A DNA stretch of 63,181 bases, filler included, from Octopus bimaculoides (taxonomy: Eukaryota): the NCBI RefSeq assembly GCF_001194135.2. It is 4 parts of 4 records of this genome, joined end to end, with 100 filler letters (N's around TTAATTAATTAA, not from the genome) between each part and the next. Parts side by side here need not be neighbours in the genome. Positions count along the whole stretch, not along the records: positions 1 to 25,172 come from NC_068986.1; 3 more parts are not named here. One strand, 5' to 3'. Below the pieces are notes generated by a model. That model ran no database searches and had not been told where the DNA came from. It was given only the letters and a program-made list of their open reading frames with translations. Shown piece after piece: positions 1-11,699 of the stretch. The translations under genes and the position numbers were made by a program. Positions within the stretch are counted from its first letter, which is position 1. Every line of letters starts with the position of its first letter.

Positions 1-32
<32 letters not shown>

Positions 33-36
<4 letters not shown>

Positions 37-130
37 AGCTTCTCCGCAGTGCTTTCATCTACTAAGTTCACTTAAAAGTGTCGGTCAGCCGGGTTATAGA
101 GGAAAATACTGATCCAAGATTCCGCATAAG
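33..130 (-). mobile_element. Degenerate fragment of tRNA-headed SINE family A (body region)
   Basis: Patchy by-eye similarity (gcttct..cagt..tcatctac..ggtcagcc..tatag..ccaag) to the reverse complement of the intact SINE at 49831-50243. Confidence 0.45.
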
Positions 131-1020
131 CAGTGTGTGCGGGGTATTGTCATGCTGTAGGATTGCACGTCTTAGATTGACCAATGCCGGGTAGCGGCTT
201 TCGAAGCATCATATGCTTACTACAGTTGTTCAGCATAAAGGTTTCCGTTCACAATATTACCACCTGGAACAAGCTCAAAGTGTAATCCCCCATTGGATTT
301 CCACCAAACACACAAAACGACATTCTATTCAAACCTCACTTGCTTGATAACAGGTTCCGAAACCTGGCCGAAAGGAAAACACTGATTTCTTTTATTAAGA
401 TTACGAAAATAGGTCCTTCTTTCATCCCCAGTTACAATTCGACGCCAAAGACAGGCGTCTCGAAGATTTACCAGCAGCTGTTTGAAAATGTTCGTACGTC
501 GATGAGCCTGATCATTGGTCAGTTCAGGAGGAGCTTCTCCACAGCGTCTGTTCACGAAGCCCAGCTTATGGAAGTGTCAATTTATGGTGATCATACTAGG
601 ATCAAGTTCTGCCGACAATATACTAGTGTTTGTGCTTGGCTGTTGTTCAACCATTTCAAGCAATGTCTCATCTCTCACAACACTTGACATTGGTTTGCCT
701 CCGAGGTTGGTGTCACATTCCTTGAAACGCTTGAACCAGTTTTGTGCCACACATTCGTTGACAGTTTCTGGCCTTCCACACTCCTTTTTCCTTGGGTAGC
801 GTAAAATGGGTCTAATTTGAATTTTCACCACTCGTTATCAAAGCTATAAAGTAAGGACTAAACACTTAATGCTTATATGTTATATATGACAATAAAGAAT
901 AAACAATTCAGCAAAGGTTAGACAAGATGTTTCAAATTAATGATATAACACGGAGATACTAGCTGTCAAAAATCATCGGTGAAAATTCGAAAACAATTTT
1001 GTCTCTACCTGGTGTATTAC
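130..1020 (-). mobile_element. Decayed mariner (DD34D-type) transposon
   Basis: Minus-strand frames give HTH 'AQNWFKRFKECD', first catalytic motif 'RRIVTGDERR', 'NVVLCVWW' and 'LQHDN'. Multiple frameshifts and stops. A candidate terminal repeat lies at ~985-1020; the other end was not found. Confidence 0.85.
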
Positions 1021-1368
1021 ATGAATATNNNNNNNNNNNNNNNNNNNNNNNNNNNNNNNNNNNNNNNNNNNNNNNNNNNNNNNNNNNNNNNNNNNNNNNN
1101 NNNNNNNNNNNNNNNNNNNNNNNNNNNNNNNNNNNNNNNNNNNNNNNNNNNNNNNNNNNNNNNNNNNNNNNNNNNNNNNNNNNNNNNNNNNNNNNNNNNN
1201 NNNNNNNNNNNNNNNNNNNNNNNNNNNNNNNNNNNNNNNNNNNNNNNNNNNNNNNNNNNNNNNNNNNNNNNNNNNNNNNNNNNNNNNNNNNNNNNNNNNN
1301 NNNNNNNNNNNNNNNNNNNNNNNNNNNNNNNNNNNNNNNNNNNNNNNNNNNNNNNNNNNNNNNNNNNN

Positions 1369-1420
<52 letters not shown>

Positions 1421-1431
1421 GCGCACACATA

Positions 1432-2660
1432 CATGATCTGATCAATAAGTATCCGGACTGTCGCCATAGTAACAATGCTAAAGCACGTAGTGTGAAGCCG
1501 CTTGGCACACGTTGAATCTGAACTTTGCTGTGATTGCGCACAAAGTTTTAACGTTCTAACTCACTTCAGCTGTTTACAGTAGTACTTGGAAGGAACACAT
1601 GTAGCATGTGATCATCGCATTGATCATGACAGAGAAAGTTGAGGAGAGAATTTGCATCAAATTTTGTCAAAAGCTTGGTGATACCTACTCAGAGGCCTAC
1701 ACAGAGTTGCAGAAAGTGGATAGAGAGGAGTGTATGAGCCGCACACAAGTGTACGAGTGGTTCAGACGTTTCCAATATAGCCGAAAAAATGTCGATAGTG
1801 ACGAGGGTTCTGGGAGACCCGCAACCAGTAAAACTGAGAAAAACATCGCAGATGTGCGTGCAACTGTGAGAGGAAATCGTCGAATCACCATCCGTGAGTA
1901 ATCAGAAGATGTGCAGATTAGTTACGGTTCAGTTCAGTCGATTATCACTGAAGATTTGGATATGAGACGCGTATCTGCCAAGTTTGTCCGAAAACTGTTT
2001 TTCTGTTGACCAAAAAGACACTCGGATTTCAGTTGCACAAGATCTTGATTGTGCTGAGAACGATCAAATCTTTTTGAAAACGGTCGTAACGGGTTTTGAA
2101 TCGTGGGACTATGGCTATGACCCCGAAACAAAGGCTCAGTCTTCGCAGTGGAAGACCCCAATCTATCATGAGTCGAAGCAATGTGAATGCACTGTTGACC
2201 GTTTACTTTGGCTACAAGGGGATCGTTCATACTCCACCTGGTCAGGCAGCAAACAAGGAGTACTACCGTGACGTTTTGCGGCGTTTGAGGAATGCTATTC
2301 GTCGGAAAAGGCCACAATTGCATGCCTCCGGTGAGTGGCAATTGCACTCTGACAATGCACTTGCCCATTCAGCGCAGCTTGTTCAGCAGTTTTTGACTAG
2401 ACACAGCGTTCCCCACGTCCGACAGTCACCGCATTCCCCAGATCTCGCCCCTTGCCACTTTTTTCCTCTTTCCAAAAATCAAATTCTTCTTGAAAGGAAG
2501 AAAATTTCAGGACGTCGAGGAAATCAAAGTAAATGCGACGAGGCAGTGAACCAGTTCCAGGAATACTTCCATCAATGGAAACAGCGCTGAATTAGGTGTG
2601 TGGCTTCCGAAAGGGACTACTTTGAAGGAGATTAAATGCCAAATTGATACGTGTTGTAGT
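1432..2660 (+). mobile_element. Near full-length but frameshifted mariner (irritans/Hsmar2-like subfamily)
   Basis: Frames give MTEKVEERICIKFCQKLG..VYEWFRRF..SGRP (HTH), RRVSAKFV, VVTGFESWDYGYDPETKAQSSQW, HSDNALAH and SPHSPDLAPCHFF. Starts after TA with a TIR-like CATGATCTGATCAATAAGTATCCGGAC. Confidence 0.92.
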
Positions 2661-2879
2661 ATATATATATATNNNNNNNNNNNNNNNNNNNNNNNNNNNN
2701 NNNNNNNNNNNNNNNNNNNNNNNNNNNNNNNNNNNNNNNNNNNNNNNNNNNNNNNNNNNNNNNNNNNNNNNNNNNNNNNNNNNNNNNNNNNNNNNNNNNN
2801 NNNNNNNNNNNNNNNNNNNNNNNNNNNNNNNNNAATCCCCAAAATAGAACAAGAACGCAACAGATGACAATAAAACAAC

Positions 2880-3084
2880 CGGACAGATAGATGATACAAA
2901 GACGGACAGGAAAAAAACAAGGACAAGCCATTCTTGGCCTTCTCTCCTCAGTCAAGTTTCCTGATTATCCTAACAGTTTCGGCCGGTTACACATGAGACT
3001 ATTCAAATCTCGCTGGCCCCCAAAATCTAAGCTGTCCATATTTCGTTGTTTTTCCCGTCTGTCTTTTTATCATCTATCTATCCG
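2880..3084. repeat. Imperfect inverted repeat, ~44-bp arms (2880-2923 / 3041-3084), ~120-bp spacer
   Basis: CGGACAGATAGATGATACAAAGACGGACAGGAAAAAAACAAGGA aligns with the reverse complement of 3041-3084 with ~5 mismatches and a 2-nt gap. Confidence 0.75.
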
Positions 3085-3247
3085 ACCACAGGACTTGTTC
3101 TTCGTAAGCCTAGTCCTTCTTCTATCGGTCTCTTTTGCCGAACCGCTAAGTTATGAAGACTTAAGCAATGGTAGGGAGACAAACTTAGACACAAAGATAC
3201 ACATACATGAATAAACACACACGCACACGCACAAACACACACACACA

Positions 3248-3288
<41 letters not shown>

Positions 3289-3446
3289 GCACACGATGGG
3301 CTTTCAGTTTCCATCTACCAAATTTACTCACAAAGCTTTGGTCGGCCCTAGGCTATAGTAGAAGACACTTGCCCAAGGTTCAACGCAGTGGGACTGAACC
3401 ACGAACCATATGGTTGGGAAGCAAGCTAGTTACCACACATCCACGC
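3084..3446 (-). mobile_element. SINE family A copy (tRNA-like head, internal (CA)n)
   Basis: Reverse complement matches 49831-50243: head GCGTGGATGTGTGGTAAC..GGTTCAGTCCCACTGCG, body CCTTGGGCAAGTGTCTTCTACTATAGCC, 3' part CTTAGCGGTTCGGCAAAAGAGACCGATAGA. Confidence 0.9.
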
Positions 3447-5344
3447 TTGTATGTATGTATGTATGTATGTATGTATGCATGCATACATGTATGTATGCAT
3501 GTGTGTGTGTATGTATGTATATATAAAGCATATTGAAATTTGATTTTGATTGGCTATTATTAAATAGGTTTCTTTTAATACCTGTGAATTATCAGTGCAT
3601 ACGTGCATGTTGTTTATAACTTTCTCTCTCACACACTCTCTCTCGTTCTCCATTCTCTCTTATCCTCTTCCTCTGCCTTTTCTTTTTTAATATTTCCGAC
3701 ATTGTATTGTTCCATTTTTTAATTTGAACGTATTTACACAAAGCGGAAACTTCTTGCCCTAATCCTTTGAAGATAAACTACAATACAGATATTTATTGTA
3801 CTTTCATGTTGTTGGTTGTTCATTATTGCATTCACCTGGAAATGGACTTGCTACACAAAACACATGCACATTTTCCTATAGATAAAAAGAAAATTATATA
3901 GAATATACATTTATCATCGGATAGAATTCTATCTATCTATCTATCTATCTACTTTATTCACTTTTCCACGTAAAAGTGCGTGTAAATGTATTCATTTGTT
4001 GCTTGGCGTTTCTGTGATCAGAGAGGCATCAATCTGTGACTGGCATTAATTATATTGATCTGCTACATTACTTTATCAATCCTGGGAGATTCAAAAGAAA
4101 TGCCAACACCAGCGGAATTTGAACTCGGAATATAAAGGACCGTAACTAATTACTTCAAGACAGTTTGTACTCAACAGTCTGTCAATCTATCTTCTAAGAC
4201 TGTATATTTACACAATCAATCAATCAATTGATTCGCACACATATATCTTACGTTCTAGATAAAATTGCTTCTAAAAAAAGGTAAGTTAAAATATCTCACT
4301 AATATATCTTATTTTAAACGACATGGCGTGTTTAATATTTAGTTTTTACTTTTTTCTACAAATCTGCTGAGATAGCTAACACCTCTTGCAAAATATTCCT
4401 TACTCCAGCATTAAAATAAAATTCGTTTTATTTTAACTATAAAACTTGAATCTAATTACTATGGGAGGAAGCCTCTAGAAAGTAATTAACAGATGTTAAT
4501 TCTTTAGTTTAATTGCATAGACACAGGAGTAAGGACAGAGTATTGCTCCTCTTTTATAGCTTTTTACATTAGTGGGAAGAAAGCAGGAAGTTATTAGCAA
4601 ATAGGAGACATAGCCCGGATACAGATTGGAATCCCTTAAAAATGCTCATCATGAGAAACGTTTGGGACTTCCACATAAATACGTCCATCTAGTTTAACTT
4701 ACACGATTTTAGTCGATCAGAGTCAGCTACAGTAGAAAAAAAAATTATTGCGCAGTGGTATCAAACCTGGAAGTAAAATGAATTGCTCTAGCAAATTCTC
4801 TTAACCATGCAGCTATACATGTATTCATGAGTCACATGTGACAAAGTCGCAATTTATAGAAACTGAACAGTGCTAAAAATGATACACTCAATCTTATTAG
4901 ATCGGAGAACGTTTGTTTTACCCCTTTATTGTATTATATTATCTCTGGGTTTCCGAAAAATTTAAGCTTCCTCAGTCGTATTGAATTTATAGACGAGTAG
5001 CATCCCCCTCTGCAACGCCATTATCCTTTTCAACTCCCTGTTAATTTATGACCATCTCTGTTTTGTTTATTTGACTTCTTTCACTTGCAATGCGTTCTTC
5101 ATTTTCTGACAGAAAATAAATTAGCCATCAAATAACGCCCTACTATTTAAAGAAAACGGAAGGAACTTTTAAGTAATGTAGTCCGAGATACTCTTAAAAT
5201 CATTGGTTACACTTGAAGTGATTTTCATCAGAGGTCTACTCAGTTAACCTTTACTTAAGCCTAAACAGCTTTACACGACTTACCATGGGTGAAGTAATGA
5301 TCGATCATAATAGATATGTGGCAGAGGTGAGACAAAATGCAGTG

Positions 5345-5470
5345 CGGATAATAGTAATGATGGTTTCGAATTTTGGCACATGGAACCAGCAATATTAGAG
5401 GTAGATTTAGTCGATTATATTGACCTTTGTGCCCATCTGGTACTTATTTCATCGACTCTGATACCGCTAA
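5345..5470 (-). mobile_element. Degenerate SINE family B fragment
   Basis: Similar to 5521-5678 (TAGTCGATTATATTGACC..CTGGTACTTATTTCATCGAC). Confidence 0.55.
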
Positions 5471-5520
5471 GAATTTTGTCCAGGGCGGGAACGATTCTGC
5501 CAGCTCGTCGTCTTAACAAC

Positions 5521-5678
5521 GATAATAATATTAATAATAATCCTTTCTACAATAGGCACAAGGCCTGAAATTCGGGTGGGTGGGGGGAACTTGTCGATTA
5601 CATCGGCCCCAGTGTTCCACTGCTACTTAATTTATCGGCCCCGAAAGGATGAACAGTAAAGCCGACCTCGGTGAATTT
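5521..5678 (-). mobile_element. SINE family B copy with (ATT)n tail; central region resembles Deu/Nin-type SINE domain
   Basis: Reverse complement reads CCGAGGTCGGCTTTACTGTTCATCCTTTCGGGGCCGATAAATTAAGTAGCAGTGG..GGCCTTGTGCCTATTGTAGAAAGGATTATTATT. Homologous copy at 29497-29645. The domain name is from recall, not a search. Confidence 0.75.
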
Positions 5679-5749
5679 ATGAAATTAATAATAATGTTAA
5701 TGATTTCATACTCAACTTATGAAGAAAGGAAGGAAACAGGTTTGTTAAA

Positions 5750-5999
5750 CGTAGAGGATACTATCAGCCTTTCGATGTTCGTTTTGAAGATGTTAAGAAG
5801 ATGAAAGAGGCTGTGGCAAAGGTTCTGGGCACCTTCAATTTGGAGGACTTCCACGGTGCTTTCACAAAGCGGCTGGAGCGCTACAAATCCATTTAAGTCA
5901 GAAGATCCTATTTGGAAAGAGATTAGAGTTTTGTACTTCTTTGAAATGAATAAATATCTGTCCTGGAAAAGTCTCAAAATTTCTGGAATACACCTTGTA
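5750..5999 (+). mobile_element. 3' remnant of a mariner element including right terminus
   Basis: Translates as RFEDVKKMKEAVAKVLGTFNLEDFHGAFTKRLERY (mariner C-terminal helix region). Ends GAAAAGTCTCAAAATTTCTGGAATACACCTTG-TA. Confidence 0.7.
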
Positions 6000-6379
6000 T
6001 TTTGTGCAAGATTAGAGAGGATGATGCACAACATATTTCATCGATATGTCAGTAGAAATTCTATCTTTTTGTAGTTGGAGACGTGACTGATATGCTTCAT
6101 TTAGAACAGGGCAGATTTGATGTGAAGAGTCTAAGTTAGATAATTTTTACCTGCTGAAACTTGAGGAAGGAGCAGTGCTCATAACCCGCTTGATCGGTGT
6201 GGTTTATGTTATTAATGTTTTGAACCTTTGCAAGTCAACACCAACAGTAAATATATGAGGGGTGGAGGAACTAGAGTGCCGACATATTTCGAAGGAAGGA
6301 CTGGGTTTATGATTAATGTGGTGCCTGGTGGGGTTGGTTACAAGATAAGTGAAGAGACGAGTGGCATGAGCTCAACCAG

Positions 6380-6520
6380 ATCCGAAGAACAGAGGTCATA
6401 ATAGTAACCGTGGATAAAGTTTTATGTACCGAGTTCAAATCCCGTTTAGGTTGACGTCATTCATTTCTCAAAGGTTGATAAAATAAATACAACTCAAGTG
6501 CTGGAGTTGAATTAACAGCC
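6380..6520 (+). mobile_element. Degenerate SINE family B fragment
   Basis: GAGTTCAAATCCCG (B-box-like) followed by AGGTTGAC..CATT..GGTTGATAAAATAAATAC, matching family B. Confidence 0.55.
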
Positions 6521-6649
6521 CATCCAAATTTGAGGATGTATACCTATGTTAGGGACTAAATAATATGGGTATGCACTCAATACGACTATGTGCACAATAT
6601 AACTCGCTATGATTTATTGAAAATGAGTTAATAGATTTATTGAAAACTA

Positions 6650-7997
6650 TTAGGCTGTCAAGAAAGTTCTTGCGGTTTTTAACCTTTAAATTCAGATGCA
6701 CATATCTCCGTTCAAACAAAACTATATTAATCGAAATATACACCATCAGAATCAACAAAGTTTTGCTAATGAGAAACAAGTTTATTTATGCCAGTAGCGT
6801 AAAAATCCTGCTTTCTGGTAGCGATGAAGTCGTTGAAGGCATGTTTGGCATCGTCTTGGTTTTTGAAGCATTTCTCACGCAGGAAGTTGTCGAGATCCGT
6901 GAAAAAGTGGTAGTCGGTAGGCGTGAGGTCTGGTGAGTATAGCAGATGAGACAGAGTTTCATAGCCCAATTCGTTCAATTTCTGAAGGGTTAGTTGTGCG
7001 ACGTGCGACCGAGCGCTGTCGTGGAGAAGAACTGGTCCTTTTCTATTGACCAATGCTAACTGTTGTTGTCGGAGTTTCTTATGCATTTCATCTANNNNNN
7101 NNNNNNNNNNNNNNNNNNNNNNNNNNNNNNNNNNNNNNNNNNNNNNNNNNNNNNNNNNNNNNNNNNNNNNNNNNNNNNNNNNNNNNNNNNNNNNNNNNNN
7201 NNNNNNNNNNNNNNNNNNNNNNNNNNNNNNNNNNNNNNNNNNNNNNNNNNNNNNNNNNNNNNNNNNNNNNNNNNNNNNNNNNNNNNNNNNNNNNNNNNNN
7301 NNNNNNNNNNNNNNNNNNNNNNNNNNNNNNNNNNNNNNNNNNNNNNNNNNNNNNNNNNNNNNNNNNNNNNNNNNNNNNNNNNNNNNNNNNNNNNNNNNNN
7401 NNNNNNNNNNNNNNNNNNNNNNNNNNNNNNNNNNNNNNNNNNNNNNNNNNNNNNNNNNNNNNNNNNNNNNNNNNNNNNNNNNNNNNNNNNNNNNNNNNNN
7501 NNNNNNNNNNNNNNNNNNNNNNNNNNNNNNNNNNNNNNNNNNNNNNNNNNNNNNNNNNNNNNNNNNNNNNNNNNNNNNNNNNNNNNNNNNNNNNNNNNNN
7601 NNNNNNNNNNNNNNNNNNNNNNNNNNNNNNNNNNNNNNNGACTCTCGTCACTGCTACGAAATTTCTTGAACCACTATTGTGCTGTACGTTCATTAGTGGT
7701 TCCTGGGCCAAACGCTTCGTTGATATCGCGAGCTGTTTTAGCAGCTTCTCGGCCTAGCTTGAACTGGAATAACAAAATTGTGCGAATTTGCTTTTTGTCC
7801 ATGTTGTATTCAACGTTCCGGAAAATGGCCTAATTATTCAAAAAGAAAAAGAGTAACATAATTAGATAGAGCGAAAAGCGGGCTTTAAAATGATATAATG
7901 ATATATAAAGTCAAAGTAATTTATCGAAAATTAATTTGAAAATACATAATTTAAAACCAAAATTTAAAATTCCGCAAGAACTTTCTTGACAACCTAA
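6650..7997 (-). mobile_element. Complete-ended mariner (cecropia/Hsmar1-like subfamily); transposase pseudogene with central N gap
   Basis: TIRs TTAGGCTGTCAAGAAAGTTCTTGCGG (6650) and CCGCAAGAACTTTCTTGACAACCTAA (ends 7997), each flanked by TA. N-terminus from 7802: MDKKQIRTILLFQFKLGREAAKTARDINEAFGPGTTNERTAQ*WFKKF. C-terminus LLHDSARSH..YSPDLTPTDYHFF. Confidence 0.95.
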
Positions 7998-8808
7998 TAG
8001 TTAAATCTTGCAAACTCGGATTCGAACCTTTTTATAGAACGTAATAATCTAGAGTCAAATGAAAAGAGAAGTTTTATTTAGGGGTTTGTTTGAGTGTGCC
8101 AATGTTACAATTGTGACTCTTTATATATGCCGCTGCTATTATTGTTACGCCTCATATGTGCCACTGCTATAATTTTGACTCTTTACATATGTCCCTGCTG
8201 TAACTGTAATACTTTATGTGCTACTGCAACAAATGTGACATTTGTTTAATTTAGAAACACGTTTTAGAAGTAACCGCAAATGTAGTTTATAAATAAAAGA
8301 AATGTCTAGTAACCATAAATATATCGTTGTGCCGCAAATGAGAGTGTTTTTGTTTTTGCAGTAGGGAAAAATAGACTCCAAGATGGAGTATATTAAGTGA
8401 ACAAACACAAAGATCGGATCTAATTCGCAGATTTTACTTTTCTGGTGGTTAGCCAAATATTACAGCGTTCTCATGTGACACGAATTTATTTCTAACAATG
8501 ATACGAGGCCACAGATTTCTGGGGATGAATATAAATTATTCGTTTGAATCCAGTAGTTGACTAGATATTTATTTCATCAACCTTCAAAAGAATGAAAGCA
8601 AAGTTGACTTCGATGCACTTTGAACGTAAAACGTAAAGGGCCGAAACAAATTATCAAAAAGCATTTTGTCTGGAACTATAATGATTGTGCAAGCTCTTGG
8701 AAATTGCCAATATAAACTCTTTCTCGGGGATACAAAGTAGTGCCTAAAGAGCTCGTTTTTAAACATATGTTGCTATTGACCTAACCCCCAAATAATCCAC
8801 ATCAACGC

Positions 8809-8863
8809 TACACATACATACATACATACATACATACATACATACATACATACATACATACAT
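8809..8863. repeat. (TACA)n microsatellite at 5' junction of R4/Dong LINE
   Basis: Direct reading; about 13 units. Confidence 0.95.
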
Positions 8864-10143
8864 GGCCCACAATGTGTTTGCAACGCCAGTACTCATACCA
8901 ACATTTAGACTGCTTGACTGGATGCTTGATGAGATCCGATCCATCGGTGTGAAAACCCACAAAATACTAACAAGCACACACAGTTTCTACATAAATAGTG
9001 ACGTAGATCACCTCTTTTTAAAACGGAAGCAAGGCGGCAAAGGCATAACATCGATCCAAAATACCTTTGAACGTCGTTTCATATCCCTTCGATTTCATCT
9101 TTTAACCACTAAGTGTCGAAGTGAAACCCTTGACCAAGTTTGCATACATGAGGCTGATAACATCATAAGACTTGGAAGGCAGCTCCTTGAGCAGCATTCC
9201 TTGTCTGATGACCTTAAATACATGCCCAAAGAAGTCGCATGTCTCTATCGCAACGTATAAGATGAAAAAATGAACGTATATTAGTAGAAGACCATGCATG
9301 GATATGTTAGTAGAAAGCTCCGAGATGATAGTAACATTGATCACCAAACCAGTCTATCATGGACCAACAACCGGATTTCTACCTCCCACTTCCAAGGGTG
9401 CGCGTTTGAAATCAAGGAACAGGCAATATCAACCAAATAGCTGATGCACAAAAGGGACAGAGATGTGGGAAAAACAGTAAAATGTTCCAACCGATGCAGA
9501 CTTTGTGGAGTTCACACCAAAGATGTCACCCACTTCATAAGCAGTTGTCCGAAAATGTAATCACGTAATTATCTACCGATGAGACATGATGTTGTAGCTA
9601 GGACACTGTATAACGAGATCCGTCGAAAGGATAAACCTGAGAACAAAGAAATAAGAACCCACAGTGTGGTAGAAAGGATAGCCACTCACGATAAAAAGGA
9701 GTATTGGTGGAATGTTCCAATGAGAATCTCAATAAAATGTAAGCACAACAGATCTGATATAATGATTTGTGATAGAGAAGAGAAACTGTGTACGGTTGTG
9801 GAAATTAGCTGCCCAGCGGATGTTTACATAAAGCTGAAGATCAGTGAAAAAGAGTTATTGAGAAATCTGCAGTTACTCTATTTAGATTATAAGTTCAGGT
9901 TTATAACTCTGATTATTGGAGTACTGGGATATGTAACACACTGCTTAAATACTAATCTTGAGAAATTAGGCTTCTCAAAACCAGAACGAAGAAAGCTGAT
10001 TCGAAGACTACAGATCCACTCCATCACAGGAACTGTAAAAATCTATCAAACTTTCCGGAAGTTTATCATTTTAGTATATATGAGCATGTCTAGATAGGCA
10101 AGTTTATGCATAAGAAGACATAAAACAAAACACAAATCTGCAC
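8864..10143 (+). mobile_element. 5'-truncated R4/Dong-clade non-LTR retrotransposon (RT thumb, CCHC, restriction-like endonuclease, 3' UTR)
   Basis: AHNVFATPVLIPTF..SDVDHLFLKRKQGGKGI (post-RT region); CRLCGVHTKDVTHFISSC knuckle at ~9495; RHD motif at 9582; HNRSDIMICD..VVEISCP (degenerate PD-D/E nuclease); GTVKIYQTF terminus. Several stops and frameshifts. Confidence 0.9.
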
Positions 10144-10200
10144 TATACATGCATACATACATACATACATACATACATACATACATACATACATACGTAC
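10144..10200. repeat. (TACA)n microsatellite at 3' junction of R4/Dong LINE
   Basis: Direct reading. Confidence 0.95.
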
Positions 10201-10369
10201 ATTCATATATACATTCCTATAAAAATACCCTGTTGTTGATGTTGAAATTCCAATGAAGGAACTTTGGATCTAGGTTAGAAACTGGCTCTTTCTCTATTGG
10301 CAAGAAATCTTGAAACAAAACATACATACATACATACATACATACATACATACATACATAACATACATA

Positions 10370-11336
10370 CGAGGTGGTTTCAAAGAGTTCTTGGACTAGT
10401 TCTGTAGCGCGCCAACCGATGGCAGTATACGATTGCGTGCGTAGCGAGAACTTGCAGTGACCTTTATGAGGCAGTGTGCCGAGTGACACCGCTGTTTACT
10501 TCGCAAGTTGTGAAATTTGTGTTTTTGTGATCATCTGTATGCTGTATTCTGCTATTTTTGTCATGGACAAGAAGTTAAAACAAAGATCCAACGTGAAATT
10601 TTGCGTTAAACTTGGTAAATCTGCAACAGAGGCATTGAGTATGGTTCGGCAAGCTTACGGCGATGAGGCAATGGGTCATAAGCAATGTTTTCGTGGGATC
10701 ATCACGGTGACGGGAGTTGGGTCTACGGCTATGACCCTGAAACGAAGCAGCAGTCACCACAATGGAAGAGTTCTTCATCTCCACGACCGAAGAAAGCAGG
10801 ACAGAGCCGCAGATCAACCAAGAGCATGCTCATCGTGTTTTTCGACATCCACGACATTGTGCAGGGCCAGATCGTCAATCGACAGTTGTACTGTGGCGTT
10901 TTGAAGCGTTTGAGGGAGGACATTCGGCGAAAGCGATCTATGGAGTGCGAAGAATTGGATTCTTCACGACACCCTGTCATCGAGATCTCGTCACTCGTGA
11001 GTTTCTCGCCGAAAACAACATGGTATCGCTTCCGCACTTGCCCTGTTCGTCAGACTTAGCACCTACAGATTTCCATCTCTTCTCTAAGATGAAAATGTAG
11101 CTAAAAATCGTCGCCATTTTAACACCGTTGTCTAGATCCAGAGCGAATCGCAGAAGGTCCTCGACTCACTTCCGGAAAACGACTTCCAGGCCGGATTCCA
11201 AGAGTGGCAGGAACGCTGTGACCGGAGTATTGCTGTGCAAGGTAACTATTTCGAAGGACATAATGTTAAAACTTAGTTAAATAAGTTATTTTCTTATTAA
11301 ATATAACCAGTCCAGGAACCTTTTGATATAATCTCG
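10370..11336 (+). mobile_element. Internally deleted mariner (irritans-like) with both TIRs, inserted at TA in a (TACA)n tract
   Basis: Left TA-CGAGGTGGTTTCAAAGAGTTCTTGGACTAG; right CCAGTCCAGGAACCTTTTGATATAATCTCG-TA. MDKKLKQRSNVKFCVKLGKSATEALSMVRQAYGDEAMGHKQCF jumps at ~10695 to GDGSWVYGYDPETKQQS; later CSSDLAPTDFHLF. Confidence 0.92.
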
Positions 11337-11699
11337 TACATACATAGCATACATTCATGGTGACTGCCTCATCTCATCAGATGATAGCCGTCTCACTACC
11401 TACCTCAACCTCTTTTACTCGCCTTTTACGACAGGCAGAGGAATCATTGAGTCTGTTCTTCGGCATGCTGGTCTCTACAGAGAATAACGGACCTAGGAAT
11501 AATGGTAATTAAGGGGTAACTCCATGCATCCTACAATCACATAACTCCCGAACTGGAGTATCACAATATGGTGAAAGTCAACTTTTGACTGAGTAAGACC
11601 ACTTCCTTGACACATTTCACTCTAAGAAACAGCTCAGCTTTGCTCTCCTTATCGTCGAGGATATTGCATATGGTTTCTAAGGCCTGCAATGGACATACA

